From NCBI GenBank assembly GCA_963817235.1, contig CAWFNS010000001.1, positions 8,595-72,594 of the forward strand: a DNA stretch of 64,000 nucleotides, written 5' to 3'. The DNA is from an uncultured Actinomycetes bacterium. GTDB taxonomy: Bacteria; Actinomycetota; UBA4738; HRBIN12. Below are positions 23,442-33,978 of the stretch, piece after piece. The position numbers and the translations under genes are program-made. The notes below the pieces were generated by a model. The model was not told the origin of the DNA. It was given only the letters and a program-made list of their open reading frames with translations, and did not search any database. The first letter of the stretch is position 1. Each line of letters opens with the position of its first letter.

Positions 23442-23860
23442 CCGAACGGGGCCGCGTGCTCGGCCTCGACCTCGGGGACGCGCGGATCGGCGTCGCGATC
23501 TCCGACGACGACCGGCGACTCGCCGTGCCGATCGGCACCGTGCACGTCGGCCAGCCGCCCGGCGAGCTCGTCGCGGTCGCCGAGCTCGTCCGGGAGCACG
23601 CCGCGACGCGGGTCGTGATCGGGCTGCCGCTGTCGATGCGGGGGGAGCGGGGCGATCGGGCCGGGCACGCCGAGGCGTTCGGCCACGCGCTCGGCGCGGT
23701 GCTGTCCGTGCCGATCGACTACCAGGACGAGCGCCTGAGCACGGTGGAGGCCGACCGGCGCCTCCGCGAGGCCGGCGCCGACGGCCGGCAGCGGCGGCGG
23801 GCGGTGGACGCCGCCGCGGCCCAGGTCCTGCTCCAGGCGTGGCTCGACGCCCGGCGGTGA
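23438..23860 (+). CDS. ruvX: RuvX/YqgF pre-16S rRNA nuclease
   Basis: VLGLDLGDARIGVAISD, VIGLP, DERLST, VDAAAA..LLQ.WL. Confidence 0.92.
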   Translation: MTERGRVLGLDLGDARIGVAISDDDRRLAVPIGTVHVGQPPGELVAVAELVREHAATRVVIGLPLSMRGERGDRAGHAEAFGHALGAVLSVPIDYQDERLSTVEADRRLREAGADGRQRRRAVDAAAAQVLLQAWLDARR

Positions 23861-23886
23861 GCGCGCCCGGGTATCCTCCACGGCCG

Positions 23887-24969
23887 ATGGACCGACCCAC
23901 GCCGAGCACCCGATCCGAACGCCGACGGCGGGGGGTCGGCCTGGTCGCCATCTTGGTGGTCTTCTCCCTCGTGATCGGCGGCGTCGTCACGGCGGTCGGG
24001 CGCTACCGCGGGTGCAAGCAGCCGCCCGCCTCGGGGGGCTCGGTCACGCTCGAGGTGCCCTCCGGCGCAACCGGCCGCGACGTCGCCGCGGCGTTGAAGG
24101 AGCAGGGCCTGGTTCGCTGTGGCGGCTTCCTCGGCAACCTGCTGCTGCGCGGCACCGGCAAGGCGAACGCGATCTTGGCCGGGACGTACACGCTGACGGT
24201 CGGGATGCCGCTGGAGCAGATCGTCACGGTCATCACGACGCCGCCCGCGGCGGTGCCGACCGTCCGGCTCACCGTCCCCGAGGGGCTGCGGATCACCACG
24301 ACGTTCAAGGGCGAACGGAGCATCTCGAGCGAGGTCCAGGAACAGACCGGCGTCCCGGCGGCCGTGTTCTCGAAGCTCGCCGAGAGCGGCCGATACACGC
24401 TGCCGCCGTACCTGCCGAAGGGAGCCTCGACCGAGGGGTTCCTGTTCCCCGACACGTACCAGCTCGTGAAGAAGGGCCTCACGGCCGACGTCGTGATCCG
24501 CCGGATGCTCCAGCAGTTCGACACGGAGGCCGCCGCGATCGATCTGTCGGCCGGCGCGAAGCGCCTCGGCCTCACGCCGTACGAGGTGGTGATCGTCGCC
24601 TCGATGATCGAGCGCGAAGCCCAGGTGGACGAGGAACGGCCCCTCGTCGCCAGCGTGATCTACAACCGGATCGCGCAGCACATGACGCTGGGCATCGACG
24701 CGACGCTCCTGTACGACGATCCGACGCCGGACGGCAAGCTGTCGACCGCCGATCTGAAGACGGACACGCCGTACAACACGCGGATCAATGCCGGGTTGCC
24801 GCCGACGCCGATCGCGAGCCCGGGGCGCGCGTCGCTCGAGGCCGCCCTGCACCCGGCGGACACCCGATACCTCTATTACGTGCTGTGCCCGAAGGACGGC
24901 GCCGGCGTGCAGCGGTTCGCCACCACCTATGCGCAGCACCTGCGCAACGTGCAGGAATGTCTTGGTTGA
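23887..24969 (+). CDS. mltG: endolytic transglycosylase
   Basis: N-terminal TM, TVPEG, EGFLFPDTY, ASMIERE, YNR, PYNTR...GLPPTPI.SPG. Confidence 0.93.
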   Translation: MDRPTPSTRSERRRRGVGLVAILVVFSLVIGGVVTAVGRYRGCKQPPASGGSVTLEVPSGATGRDVAAALKEQGLVRCGGFLGNLLLRGTGKANAILAGTYTLTVGMPLEQIVTVITTPPAAVPTVRLTVPEGLRITTTFKGERSISSEVQEQTGVPAAVFSKLAESGRYTLPPYLPKGASTEGFLFPDTYQLVKKGLTADVVIRRMLQQFDTEAAAIDLSAGAKRLGLTPYEVVIVASMIEREAQVDEERPLVASVIYNRIAQHMTLGIDATLLYDDPTPDGKLSTADLKTDTPYNTRINAGLPPTPIASPGRASLEAALHPADTRYLYYVLCPKDGAGVQRFATTYAQHLRNVQECLG

Positions 24970-25815
24970 CGCGATCGGCCCGGCGCCGGTCTCGGGCGGC
25001 ACGCGCACGGTCGGGCATCATCGGGTGGCCGGTCGAGCACAGCCTGTCCCCGGCGATCCACAACGCGGCGTTCTCGGCCCTGGCGCTCGATTGGATCTAC
25101 GTGCCGCTGCCGGTCCCGCCGGGATCGGCGTCGGCCGCGCTCGCGGGTCTCCGCGCGCTCGGCTTCGCCGGGGCGAACGTCACGATGCCGCACAAGGATG
25201 CCGCCGCCGAGGCGATGGACCAGCTCTCCGATGACGCGCGGCGCCTGCGCGCCGTCAACACCGTGGTGCTCGGCGCCGACGGGATGACCGGACACAACAC
25301 CGACGCGCCCGGGTTCGATCGGTTCCTGCGAGCGCGACGCGGGGTTCGAACCGGCGGGCAGGACCGCGCTGCTCTTCGGCGCGGGCGGCGCGGCGCGGGC
25401 GTGCGCGCTGGCGCTCGCGCGGGCCGAGCTCGCGCGCCTGACCGTGGCGGTGCGCGAGCCGGCGCGAGCGGACGCGCTCCGCGCGGCGCTCGACGGTCTC
25501 GCGACGGCCGTCGACGTCGTGCCGATCGAGGAGGCGCCCGGCCGTCCGGCCGACCTGATCGTGAACGCCACGCCCGTCGAGGTCGTCGCGAGCCTGCCGC
25601 CGGTCGGCGAGGACACCCTCGTGATCGACGTGCGCTACGACCCGCCGGAAACCGCGTTGCACACGGCGGCGCGCGCGGCCGGCGCGACGGCGTTCGGCGG
25701 CCTCGGCATGCTGTTGCACCAGGCGGCCCTCTCGTTCGAGCTCTGGACCGGCAGGCCGGCTCCGCTGGAAGTCATGTCGGCCGCCGCGCTGGCGGCCTCC
25801 GCCGGGCGCGGCTGA
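24962..25815 (+). CDS. aroE: shikimate dehydrogenase (frameshifts near 25015 and 25330; start approximate)
   Basis: IGWPVEHSLSP.IHN, NVTMPHK, AVNTV, NTD, GAGGAARA, VNATP, GMLLHQA. Confidence 0.92.
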
Positions 25816-25836
25816 ACGCACGGCAGCGCGCGTTCC

Positions 25837-25862
25837 CTCAAGCACGTGCGGCCTCCGCCGAT
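25837..25862 (+). promoter_or_regulatory. WhiG/FliA-type promoter CTCAAG-N14-GCCGAT
   Basis: matches the sigma28-family TAAA/CTCA...GCCGA pattern, 15 nt before ATG 25878; similar motifs at 31297 and 33919. Confidence 0.7.
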
Positions 25863-25877
25863 GCCTCGGGAAGAGGA

Positions 25878-26973
25878 ATGGACGAATATGCCGCGCTCGC
25901 TCAGCGCGTCGTCCTCACCATGGACGACGTGCGAGGTTGTTTGGTGCTGTCGAGGGACGGCATGGTCCTGGGCGCCTATCCGGAGGAGGACGAGCAGGCG
26001 TTCAAGCCGGCCTGGCTGAAGTTCGTCAACGTCGGCGAGGCTCGCCGAGGCTTCGTCGAGTTCTCCGATCAGATGTGGGCCTACGTCCATCGCGGGCCGT
26101 ACGCCGCGTTCGTCGTGTCGGGCACGGCGGTGCGTCCGGGCGTCCTGCTCGATCAGCTCGAGCAGGCGGTCCTCGCCGCCGAGGAGAGCCGCGCGAAGAA
26201 GGGTGACACCCTGAAGGTCCCCGACGCGCCCGGCGCACCGTCCGGGCGGCCGCGCACCTCACTGCATCCGCCGGCGGACCGGCCACAGGTCGCGCCGGCG
26301 ACCGCCGGGACGGCGCCGCCGCCGCAGGAACGCGCATGGGCCGGGGACCAGGCGGACATCGCCGGCGCACCGCCCCAGCGTCCGCTCGCGGACGTGGGCG
26401 CGGGTGGCGGCTCCGATCGTGCCGAGCCGCCGGAGCAACTGTCGGGGTGGCGCAGGCAGGCGCTGGCCGCCGAGCAAGGGCAGCGCGCCCCCGATCCCGT
26501 CCTGCCCCCGCCCGAGCAGCGGCCCCATCCGGACGAGATCCCGCCCCCGGACGTGACGCCCGCCGAGGCCGCCCGGATGGCCGCCCGCGAGACCGAGGAC
26601 GCAACGGCCGGCGGCCGTCCGACCGCGTTCGGGTCGGAGTCCTCGCCGTTCGCTCGCCTGGAAGCCGAATCCGCCGCCGCGGCGCTCGGGAGCGCCGGTC
26701 CGGCGGCCGTCGCCCCGCCCCCCGTCGCGCCCGCGCCGATCCGCGAGGCGCCGCCGGTCGAGATCGTGGCTCCGGCATATGCGGAGGAGCCCGCCGTCGA
26801 GGTCGAGATCCGGCGCGAGCCGCATCGAGCTCGTGTCCCCCGATCGGACGATGGACGAAGGACCCGGGGGCGACGACGAGGACGAGCTCGGCGAGGTCGA
26901 CCGCGTGATGCTGGCCAAAGAGTTCTCGGGATTGCTACAGGCAGATGGGGACGGTGACGAAGAAATCACCTGA
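25878..26973 (+). CDS. Roadblock/LC7 (MglB-like) domain protein with Pro/Ala-rich linker and acidic C-terminal motif (frameshift near 26820)
   Basis: N-terminal VRGCLVLSRDGMVLG resembles the Roadblock core; AAGAGG RBS; C-terminus DELGEVDRVMLAKEFSGLL in the shifted frame. Confidence 0.6.
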
Positions 26974-27018
26974 AGACCCCAGCCAACGGCCTAGCCCGAA
27001 CGGAACCTCGAGGGCGAG

Positions 27019-28710
27019 ATGACGACGGTCAAGCGGAAGTCGAAACAGCTCGGCCAGATCCTCATCGAGCTCGGGTACATCACGCCCGAGCAACTCGAGT
27101 CTGCGCTCGAAGAACACCGCAAGACGCCGAAGTCGCTCGGCCGCGTGCTGATCGACCTGGGGATGATCAAGGAGTCGGATCTGGTCCGCGCGCTCGCGGA
27201 GCAGGTCGGGCTCGAGTTCGTCGATCTGAGCGAGTTCCCGGTCGACGCGACCGCGACCGTGCTCCTGCCGGAATCGCTCGCCCGCCGGTACCGCGCGCTG
27301 CCGATCGGCGAACGCGACGGCCGTCTCCTGGTGGCGATGTCGGATCCCGCGAACGTCTACGCGCTGGACGACATCCGCACGATCACCGGCCGCGACGTCC
27401 AGCCGGTGGTGGCGACCGCGAACGACGTCGAACACGCGATCCAGAAGTTCGCCGGCCTCGACTCGCAGGTCGAGGCGATGGCCGACATCCTCGCCGAAGT
27501 CGGGCGACACCGAGAGCACGGAGGATCTCGAGGCGGCGCTCGAGGACGCGCCGATCGTGAAGCTCGTGAACGCGATCATGACGCAGGCGGTCGGCGACCG
27601 CGCCTCGGACGTGCACCTCGAGCCGGCGGAGCGGAACGTGCGTATCCGGTTCCGCGTCGACGGCGTCCTGCACGAGCCGATGCCGCCGGCGCCGAAGAAC
27701 ATCCAGGGCGGCCTCATCAGCCGCTTGAAGGTCATGGCCGACATGAACATCGCCGAGAAGCGCGTGCCCCAGGACGGCCGGATCTCGATGAAGGTCGGCG
27801 GAACCGCGCTGGACCTGCGTGTCGCGACGCTGCCGACCGTCTACGGCGAGAAGGTCGTGATCCGCGTGTTGGACAAGTCGAACGCGCTGCTGCGGCTGGA
27901 GGACCTCGGCTTCCTCGAAGACTCGTACAAGCGGTTCTCGGTGTCCTTCAAGAAGCCGTACGGGGCGATCCTCGTCACCGGGCCGACCGGGTCGGGGAAG
28001 TCGACCACGATGTATTCGACGCTCAACATCCTGAACGAGGAGTCGAAGAACATCATCACCGTCGAGGACCCGGTCGAGTACCGGCTGGCCGGCGTCAACC
28101 AGGTCCAGGTCAACCCGAAGGCCGGGCTCACGTTCGCCTCGGCGCTCCGCTCGATCCTGCGCGCCGACCCCGACATCGTGCTGATCGGTGAGATCCGGGA
28201 CAAGGAGACGGCCACGATCGCGATCGAGGCCGCCCTCACCGGCCACCTCGTGCTGTCCTCGCTGCACACGAACGACGCCGCCTCGGCCATCACGCGCCTG
28301 GTCGAGATGGACGTCGAGACGTTCCTGGTGGCCTCCGCGATCGACGCGGTGGTCGCGCAACGGCTCGCGCGCATGCTGTGTGAGCGCTGCAAGCAAGGCT
28401 ACGCAGCCGGAGCAGGCCGAGCTCCAGGCGGCCGGCTACCCCGAATGGCTGTGGAACGAGGTGCCCGCAGCTGTGGAAGTCGCAGGGGTGCCCGGCCTGC
28501 TCGAACACCGGCTACCGGGGCCGGATCGGCCTCTACGAGGTGATGCAGATGAGCGAAGAGATCGAACGGCTCACGGTGGAGCGTTCCTCTGCCGATGCAG
28601 TCAGAGAGGTCGCCATCCAGCAGGGCATGATGACGCTCCGCGAGGACGGCCTCGAGAAGGCACGGATGGGGATCACATCATTGGACGAGGTCGCAAGGGT
28701 GGTGAAGTGA
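27019..28710 (+). CDS. pilB: type IV pilus assembly ATPase with MshEN-like N-terminus (about 3 frameshifts)
   Basis: ASDVHLEP, RVPQDGR, GPTGSGKSTT, EDPVEY, LRADPD..LIGEIRD, CxxC...CxxC Zn motif, GYRGRIG. Confidence 0.94.
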
Positions 28711-28712
28711 GG

Positions 28713-29942
<1,230 letters not shown>

Positions 29943-29956
29943 GGGGGTGAACGGGG

Positions 29957-31163
29957 ATGGCTGAAACCTACGCCTACAAGGTCCGCGACAAGGGCGGCCA
30001 CGTCGTCACGGGCACGCTCGTGGCGGACAACGAGGCCCTCGTCCTGCAGCGCCTCCGCGAGCAGGGCTACACGCCGCTCGAGGTCGGCCGGCAGAAGCGC
30101 GGGATGAACATCGAGCTGACCAAGAAGAAGGTCAAGCTCAAGGAGATCGCCGTCTTCTCGCGGCAGTTCGCGACGATGGTCAACTCCGGCCTGCCGATCC
30201 TGCGGGCCCTCGCGATCCTGTCCGAGCAGACCGAGAACAAGGAGCTCGCCCGGGTCCTCACGGTCGTTCGGGCCAGCGTCGAGCAGGGGTCGTCGCTGTC
30301 CGCCGCCCTCGCGAAGCACCCGAAGATCTTCAACGACCTCTACGTCTCGATGGTGAAGTCCGGTGAGACCGGCGGCTCGCTCGACAGCGTCCTGCTCCGG
30401 CTCGCCGACATGATCGAGACCGAGGTCAAGCTGCGCGGCAAGATCAAGGCGGCCATGACGTATCCGGTCGCGGTCGTCGCGCTGGTCAGCTTGATCCTGA
30501 CCGCGATGCTCCTGTTCGTGGTGCCGCAGTTCAAGAACATCTACGCCGGGCTCGGCGGCAGCCTGCCGCTGCCGACGCGGATGCTGATCGGCGTGTCCGA
30601 CATCTTCAAGAACTTCTGGTACATCGTGCTGATCGGGCTGATCGTCGGCCGGTTCATGTTCCGGCGCTGGCGCAAGACGCCCGCCGGCCGCGAGGCGGTC
30701 GACGGCATGAAGCTGCGCGTGCCGATCTTCGGACAGCTGTTCCACAAGAGCGCGCTCGCCCGGTTCGCCTCGACCCTGTCGATGCTGCTGCGCTCGGGCG
30801 TGCCGATCCTCCAGTCGCTCGACATCGTGAGCGACACCGTGAACAACAAGGTCATCTCGAAGGCGATCACGGACGTGCAGGCGAGCGTCCGCGACGGTGA
30901 GTCGATGGCGAAGCCGCTCGCGCGCTACCGGGTCTTCCCGCCGATGGTCGTGCAGATGCTCGCGGTCGGGTGAGGAGACCGGCCAGGTCGACGTGATGCT
31001 CGAGAAGGTGGCCACGTTCTACAACGACGAGGTCGAGGCCTCCGTGGACTCCCTGACCTCCTTGATCGAACCGCTCTTGATCGCGGTCATCGGTGGCGCC
31101 GTGGGCGCCGCGGTGGTCGCCCTCTACATGCCGATGTTCAACATCATCAAGCTGATCCAGTAG
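29957..31163 (+). CDS. pilC: type IV pilus platform protein, GspF family (frameshift near 30970)
   Basis: FSRQFATMVNSGLP, GETGGSLD, VGEETG, EPLLI, LYMPMF. Confidence 0.94.
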
Positions 31164-31187
31164 GGCTACGGTCAGGTGGGGTCTTCG

Positions 31188-31216
31188 GGGCCCGGGGCGT
31201 CACGCGCCCCGGGCCC
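31188..31216 (+). terminator. GC-rich hairpin after pilC (12-bp stem, 5-nt loop)
   Basis: GGGCCCGGGGCG / CGCCCCGGGCCC perfect inverted repeat; no long U tract. Confidence 0.6.
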
Positions 31217-31296
31217 TTCCCACGTCCGCCCTGCGGCGGAACGCGTCCGCCCTCATCGCCACCTTCCGCCTTCTCCCCTCTTCTTCCTCGGGGGAG

Positions 31297-31323
31297 CTAC
31301 AGGTGGGGGCACCTTCGACCGAA
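31297..31323 (+). promoter_or_regulatory. WhiG/FliA-type promoter CTACAG-N15-ACCGAA
   Basis: same geometry as the 25837 and 33919 motifs with mismatches, upstream of the major pilin. Confidence 0.5.
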
Positions 31324-31383
31324 ACCTCCTTGGAACGCGCACCACGGGGGTGCGCCAAGCTCCAGGAAAGGAGGCGAAGGCAG

Positions 31384-31875
31384 ATGCTCAAGGGACTCAT
31401 GAAGCGCGTCCATGAGGACGAAGGCTTCACCCTCATCGAGCTGATGGTGGTCGTTCTGATCATCGGCATCCTGATCGCCATCGCTCTGCCGACGTTCCTC
31501 GGCGCCCGGACGCGTGCGCAGAACCGTGCCGCGCAGTCGGATCTTCGCAACACGCTCGTTGCTGCGAAGACCATCTACACGGACGCCAGTTCGTACACCT
31601 GTGCCACGGGCGCGGCCGCGGTCGCTCCGTGCACGCAGAACCTGCAGAGCGTCGAGCCGTCGCTGAACTACGTGGCCGGCGCCGCAGGCAGCGTCACCAC
31701 GCAGGTGGGCGTCTCGGTGGTCTCCGCCACGCAGTGGGCGGCGGGTCGCTGGTCCGCATCGAACAACTGCTTCTACATCTCCGATGACTCGGCGGTGGGC
31801 ACGAAGTACGGCCAGGCCGCAGGCGCCTGCGTCGCGCCGACCATGGCGCTCGCAGCCGCGGCGAGCTGGAGCTAG
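31384..31875 (+). CDS. pilA: major type IV pilin 1
   Basis: class III signal EDEG|FTLIELMVVVLIIGIL with Glu5; strong AAGGAGG RBS; 4 Cys. Confidence 0.9.
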   Translation: MLKGLMKRVHEDEGFTLIELMVVVLIIGILIAIALPTFLGARTRAQNRAAQSDLRNTLVAAKTIYTDASSYTCATGAAAVAPCTQNLQSVEPSLNYVAGAAGSVTTQVGVSVVSATQWAAGRWSASNNCFYISDDSAVGTKYGQAAGACVAPTMALAAAASWS

Positions 31876-31887
31876 ACGGCGAACGCC

Positions 31888-31948
31888 CGGCTCCTTCGGG
31901 GGCCGTGGTTCACCGAGAACGAGGGGGCGGCCTTCGGGCCGCCCCTTC
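31888..31948 (+). terminator. two tandem cUUCGg hairpins between the pilin genes
   Basis: CGGCTCC-TTCG-GGGGCCG (31888-31905) and GAGGGGGCGGCC-TTCG-GGCCGCCCCTTC (31921-31948). Confidence 0.7.
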
Positions 31949-32000
31949 GCTCATCAGGCTCCGATCACCGAGCGAGGCGATGGAAGGAGGCGATGGCAGC

Positions 32001-32486
32001 ATGCTCACGGCGTTCCGGAAGCGCGTCCGGCAGGACGACGGCTTCACCCTGATCGAGCTGATGGTCGTCGTCCTGATCATCGGCATCCTCATGGCGATCG
32101 CGCTGCCGACGTTCCTCGGCGCCCGGACCCGGGCGCAGGACCGGGCGGCGCAGTCGGACCTGCGGCACGCCCTCGTCGCCGCGAAGATCCTCTTCGCGGA
32201 CGGCAGCTCCTACGCGTGCGCGACGGCTCCTCCGGCCACGGCTCCGTGCGTCCAGAACCTGAAGGACGTCGAGTCGTCCCTGACGTACCAGGCGGCCGCG
32301 GTCGGGAGCACGCCGAACCGCGTCGGCGTGGCGGTCCTGTCGACGACGCAGTGGGCCGCCGCCCGCTGGTCGACGTCGAACACCTGCTTCTACATCTCCG
32401 ACGACTCGGCGGCCGGCACCCGCTACGGGCAGGCCGCCGGCGCCTGTGCCGTTCCCGCCGCCCAGGTGGCTTCCAGCTGGTCGTAG
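32001..32486 (+). CDS. pilA: type IV pilin 2, paralog of the upstream pilin
   Basis: QDDG|FTLIELMVVVLIIG; aligns end to end with pilin 1, including all 4 Cys; AAGGAGG RBS. Confidence 0.88.
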   Translation: MLTAFRKRVRQDDGFTLIELMVVVLIIGILMAIALPTFLGARTRAQDRAAQSDLRHALVAAKILFADGSSYACATAPPATAPCVQNLKDVESSLTYQAAAVGSTPNRVGVAVLSTTQWAAARWSTSNTCFYISDDSAAGTRYGQAAGACAVPAAQVASSWS

Positions 32487-32502
32487 CGCCCGGCCGCCAT
32501 CC

Positions 32503-33825
32503 CTAGAGCGGCCACCGAGGGAGCAGCCGGAGCCCGTCCGCCCACGTGCGCGGGATCCACACCCCGGTCCACACCGGCGCGTACGCCAGCCCGACGACGA
32601 TGGTCGCGGCCGCGAACGCCATCCCCACGCCGCGGCTCCATCCTCCCGGCAGCCGACGGAGCGTGGCCGCCAGGCACAGGCACATGAACGGGACGGCGGG
32701 CAGCATGTAGAAGATGAACTGACTCCGGGAGACGAGGAGCCAGGGCAGGAACATCGCCGCGTACCCGCCGAACGCCACCGCCTCCTGCCAGCGAGGGCGC
32801 CGGAGCGCCGTGAACGCCGCGACCGGCAGCGACAGCAGGAACCCCCACCAGAGCACCGGGTTGCCGAGCGCGACGATCTTGCTGACCGACGTGCCCCGGG
32901 TCTCGGCGAAGTACTGGATCGGATGCAGCAGCAGCGGCCAGGTCCACGGGCGCGAGTTCTCCGGCTGCACCTTCAGGTGGTGCTCCTGGTACTGGAGCAT
33001 CCGGATCTGCAACGTCACGAAGTCGTGCACGGCGAACCCGTGCTGGGAGAAGAAGGCGCCGTAGCTGACGAGGTAGACCAGCAGCGGCACGACCGCCAGC
33101 GACAGCACGATCGTCGCGACCTCTCGCGCGCGCGACCGATCCCGGGGTCCGTCGCGCCGGAGGCTCCACACGGCGCACAGCAGCACCGCCAGCGCCAGCG
33201 CGTAGAAGCCCGACCACTTCGTCGCGATCGCCGCCCCGAAGGCGACGCCCGCCCACAGGCGCCACGGTGAGCCGAAGGCCCGCGTGGTCCGGGGCCACCG
33301 CGTCGCGGCGGCCCGACCGAGCCGCTCGCGGTCCAGGACGAGGAACAGGAACCCGGCGATGATGAAGGTCGACAGGAAGATGTCGAGCATCGCCAGCCGG
33401 CTCTGGACGATGTGCAGGCCGTCGAACGCGAGCAGGACCGCCGCGAAGGCCGCCCACCCAGGGGATCCCCACAGGCGCAGGGCCAGCAGGTAGAGCAGGG
33501 CGACGCCCGCGATCCCGAACAGCGCCGAGGGGAGCCGCCAGCCGAACGCGTGCAGGCCGAGCGGCCCCACCCCCAACAGCGCGATGATCCATTTCCCCAT
33601 CGGCGGGTGGATCCACGTCCCCTCGTCGTCGATCTTGACCGGCGGCGGGTTGCCGACCGGCTGGCCGAACCCGCCATGCAGGTAGACCTCCGCGTCGAAC
33701 ACGTAGTACTGCTCGTCCCAGTACAGGCTCGGCGGGGACGGCAGCGACCACAGCCGCAGGACGGCCGCCGCCAGCAGGATCAGGCACGGGAGGGCGAGCC
33801 GCCGCCAGCCTCGGTCCTCGCCCAT
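32503..33825 (-). CDS. pmt: PMT-type (GT39, GT-C fold) lipid-linked-sugar protein O-glycosyltransferase
   Basis: YWDEQYY, HPPMGKW, GWR, DGLHIVQSRLAMLDIF, ATKWSG, S.PW.WP, GNP.LWW, QFIFY.LP; many TM helices. Confidence 0.85.
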   Translation of the reverse strand: MGEDRGWRRLALPCLILLAAAVLRLWSLPSPPSLYWDEQYYVFDAEVYLHGGFGQPVGNPPPVKIDDEGTWIHPPMGKWIIALLGVGPLGLHAFGWRLPSALFGIAGVALLYLLALRLWGSPGWAAFAAVLLAFDGLHIVQSRLAMLDIFLSTFIIAGFLFLVLDRERLGRAAATRWPRTTRAFGSPWRLWAGVAFGAAIATKWSGFYALALAVLLCAVWSLRRDGPRDRSRAREVATIVLSLAVVPLLVYLVSYGAFFSQHGFAVHDFVTLQIRMLQYQEHHLKVQPENSRPWTWPLLLHPIQYFAETRGTSVSKIVALGNPVLWWGFLLSLPVAAFTALRRPRWQEAVAFGGYAAMFLPWLLVSRSQFIFYMLPAVPFMCLCLAATLRRLPGGWSRGVGMAFAAATIVVGLAYAPVWTGVWIPRTWADGLRLLPRWPL

Positions 33826-33918
33826 GGCGACATCCTGGCATGGGCGCCCGCGCCGCCTCGGAGGTCTCGCGTCCCTCGGACGCGGTCCGGCGGCCCGTCG
33901 CAGGACCTCGGTCGACCC

Positions 33919-33945
33919 CTCAAGGGGACCCCCCGGCCTGCCGAC
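33919..33945 (+). promoter_or_regulatory. WhiG/FliA-type promoter CTCAAG-N15-GCCGAC
   Basis: near-identical to the 25837 motif, ahead of the minor pilin operon. Confidence 0.7.
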
Positions 33946-33978
33946 CACTAAGTGACGGACAGTGACAGGCGGGCCCAG

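Noticed and set aside
19745-23881. Long antisense ORFs (e.g. 19745-23881, 36499-39078, 59858-63844, 7403-9349)
   Set aside because: Shadow frames opposite well-supported genes, Arg/Gly/Pro-rich with no recognisable motifs; expected at this GC content.
24012-26957. 981-aa ORF linking aroE and the Roadblock protein
   Set aside because: Chance open frame in GC-rich DNA plus indels; separate starts, RBS/promoter and stops are evident.
26970-27000. Fourth WhiG-type promoter before pilB (CTGAAG...GCCCGAA)
   Set aside because: Spacer of about 18-19 nt and an imperfect -10; pilB is more simply co-transcribed from 25837.
31217-31383. c-di-GMP riboswitch upstream of pilA, as in Clostridioides
   Set aside because: I could not match class I (GEMM) or class II consensus elements by eye; an Infernal search would settle it.
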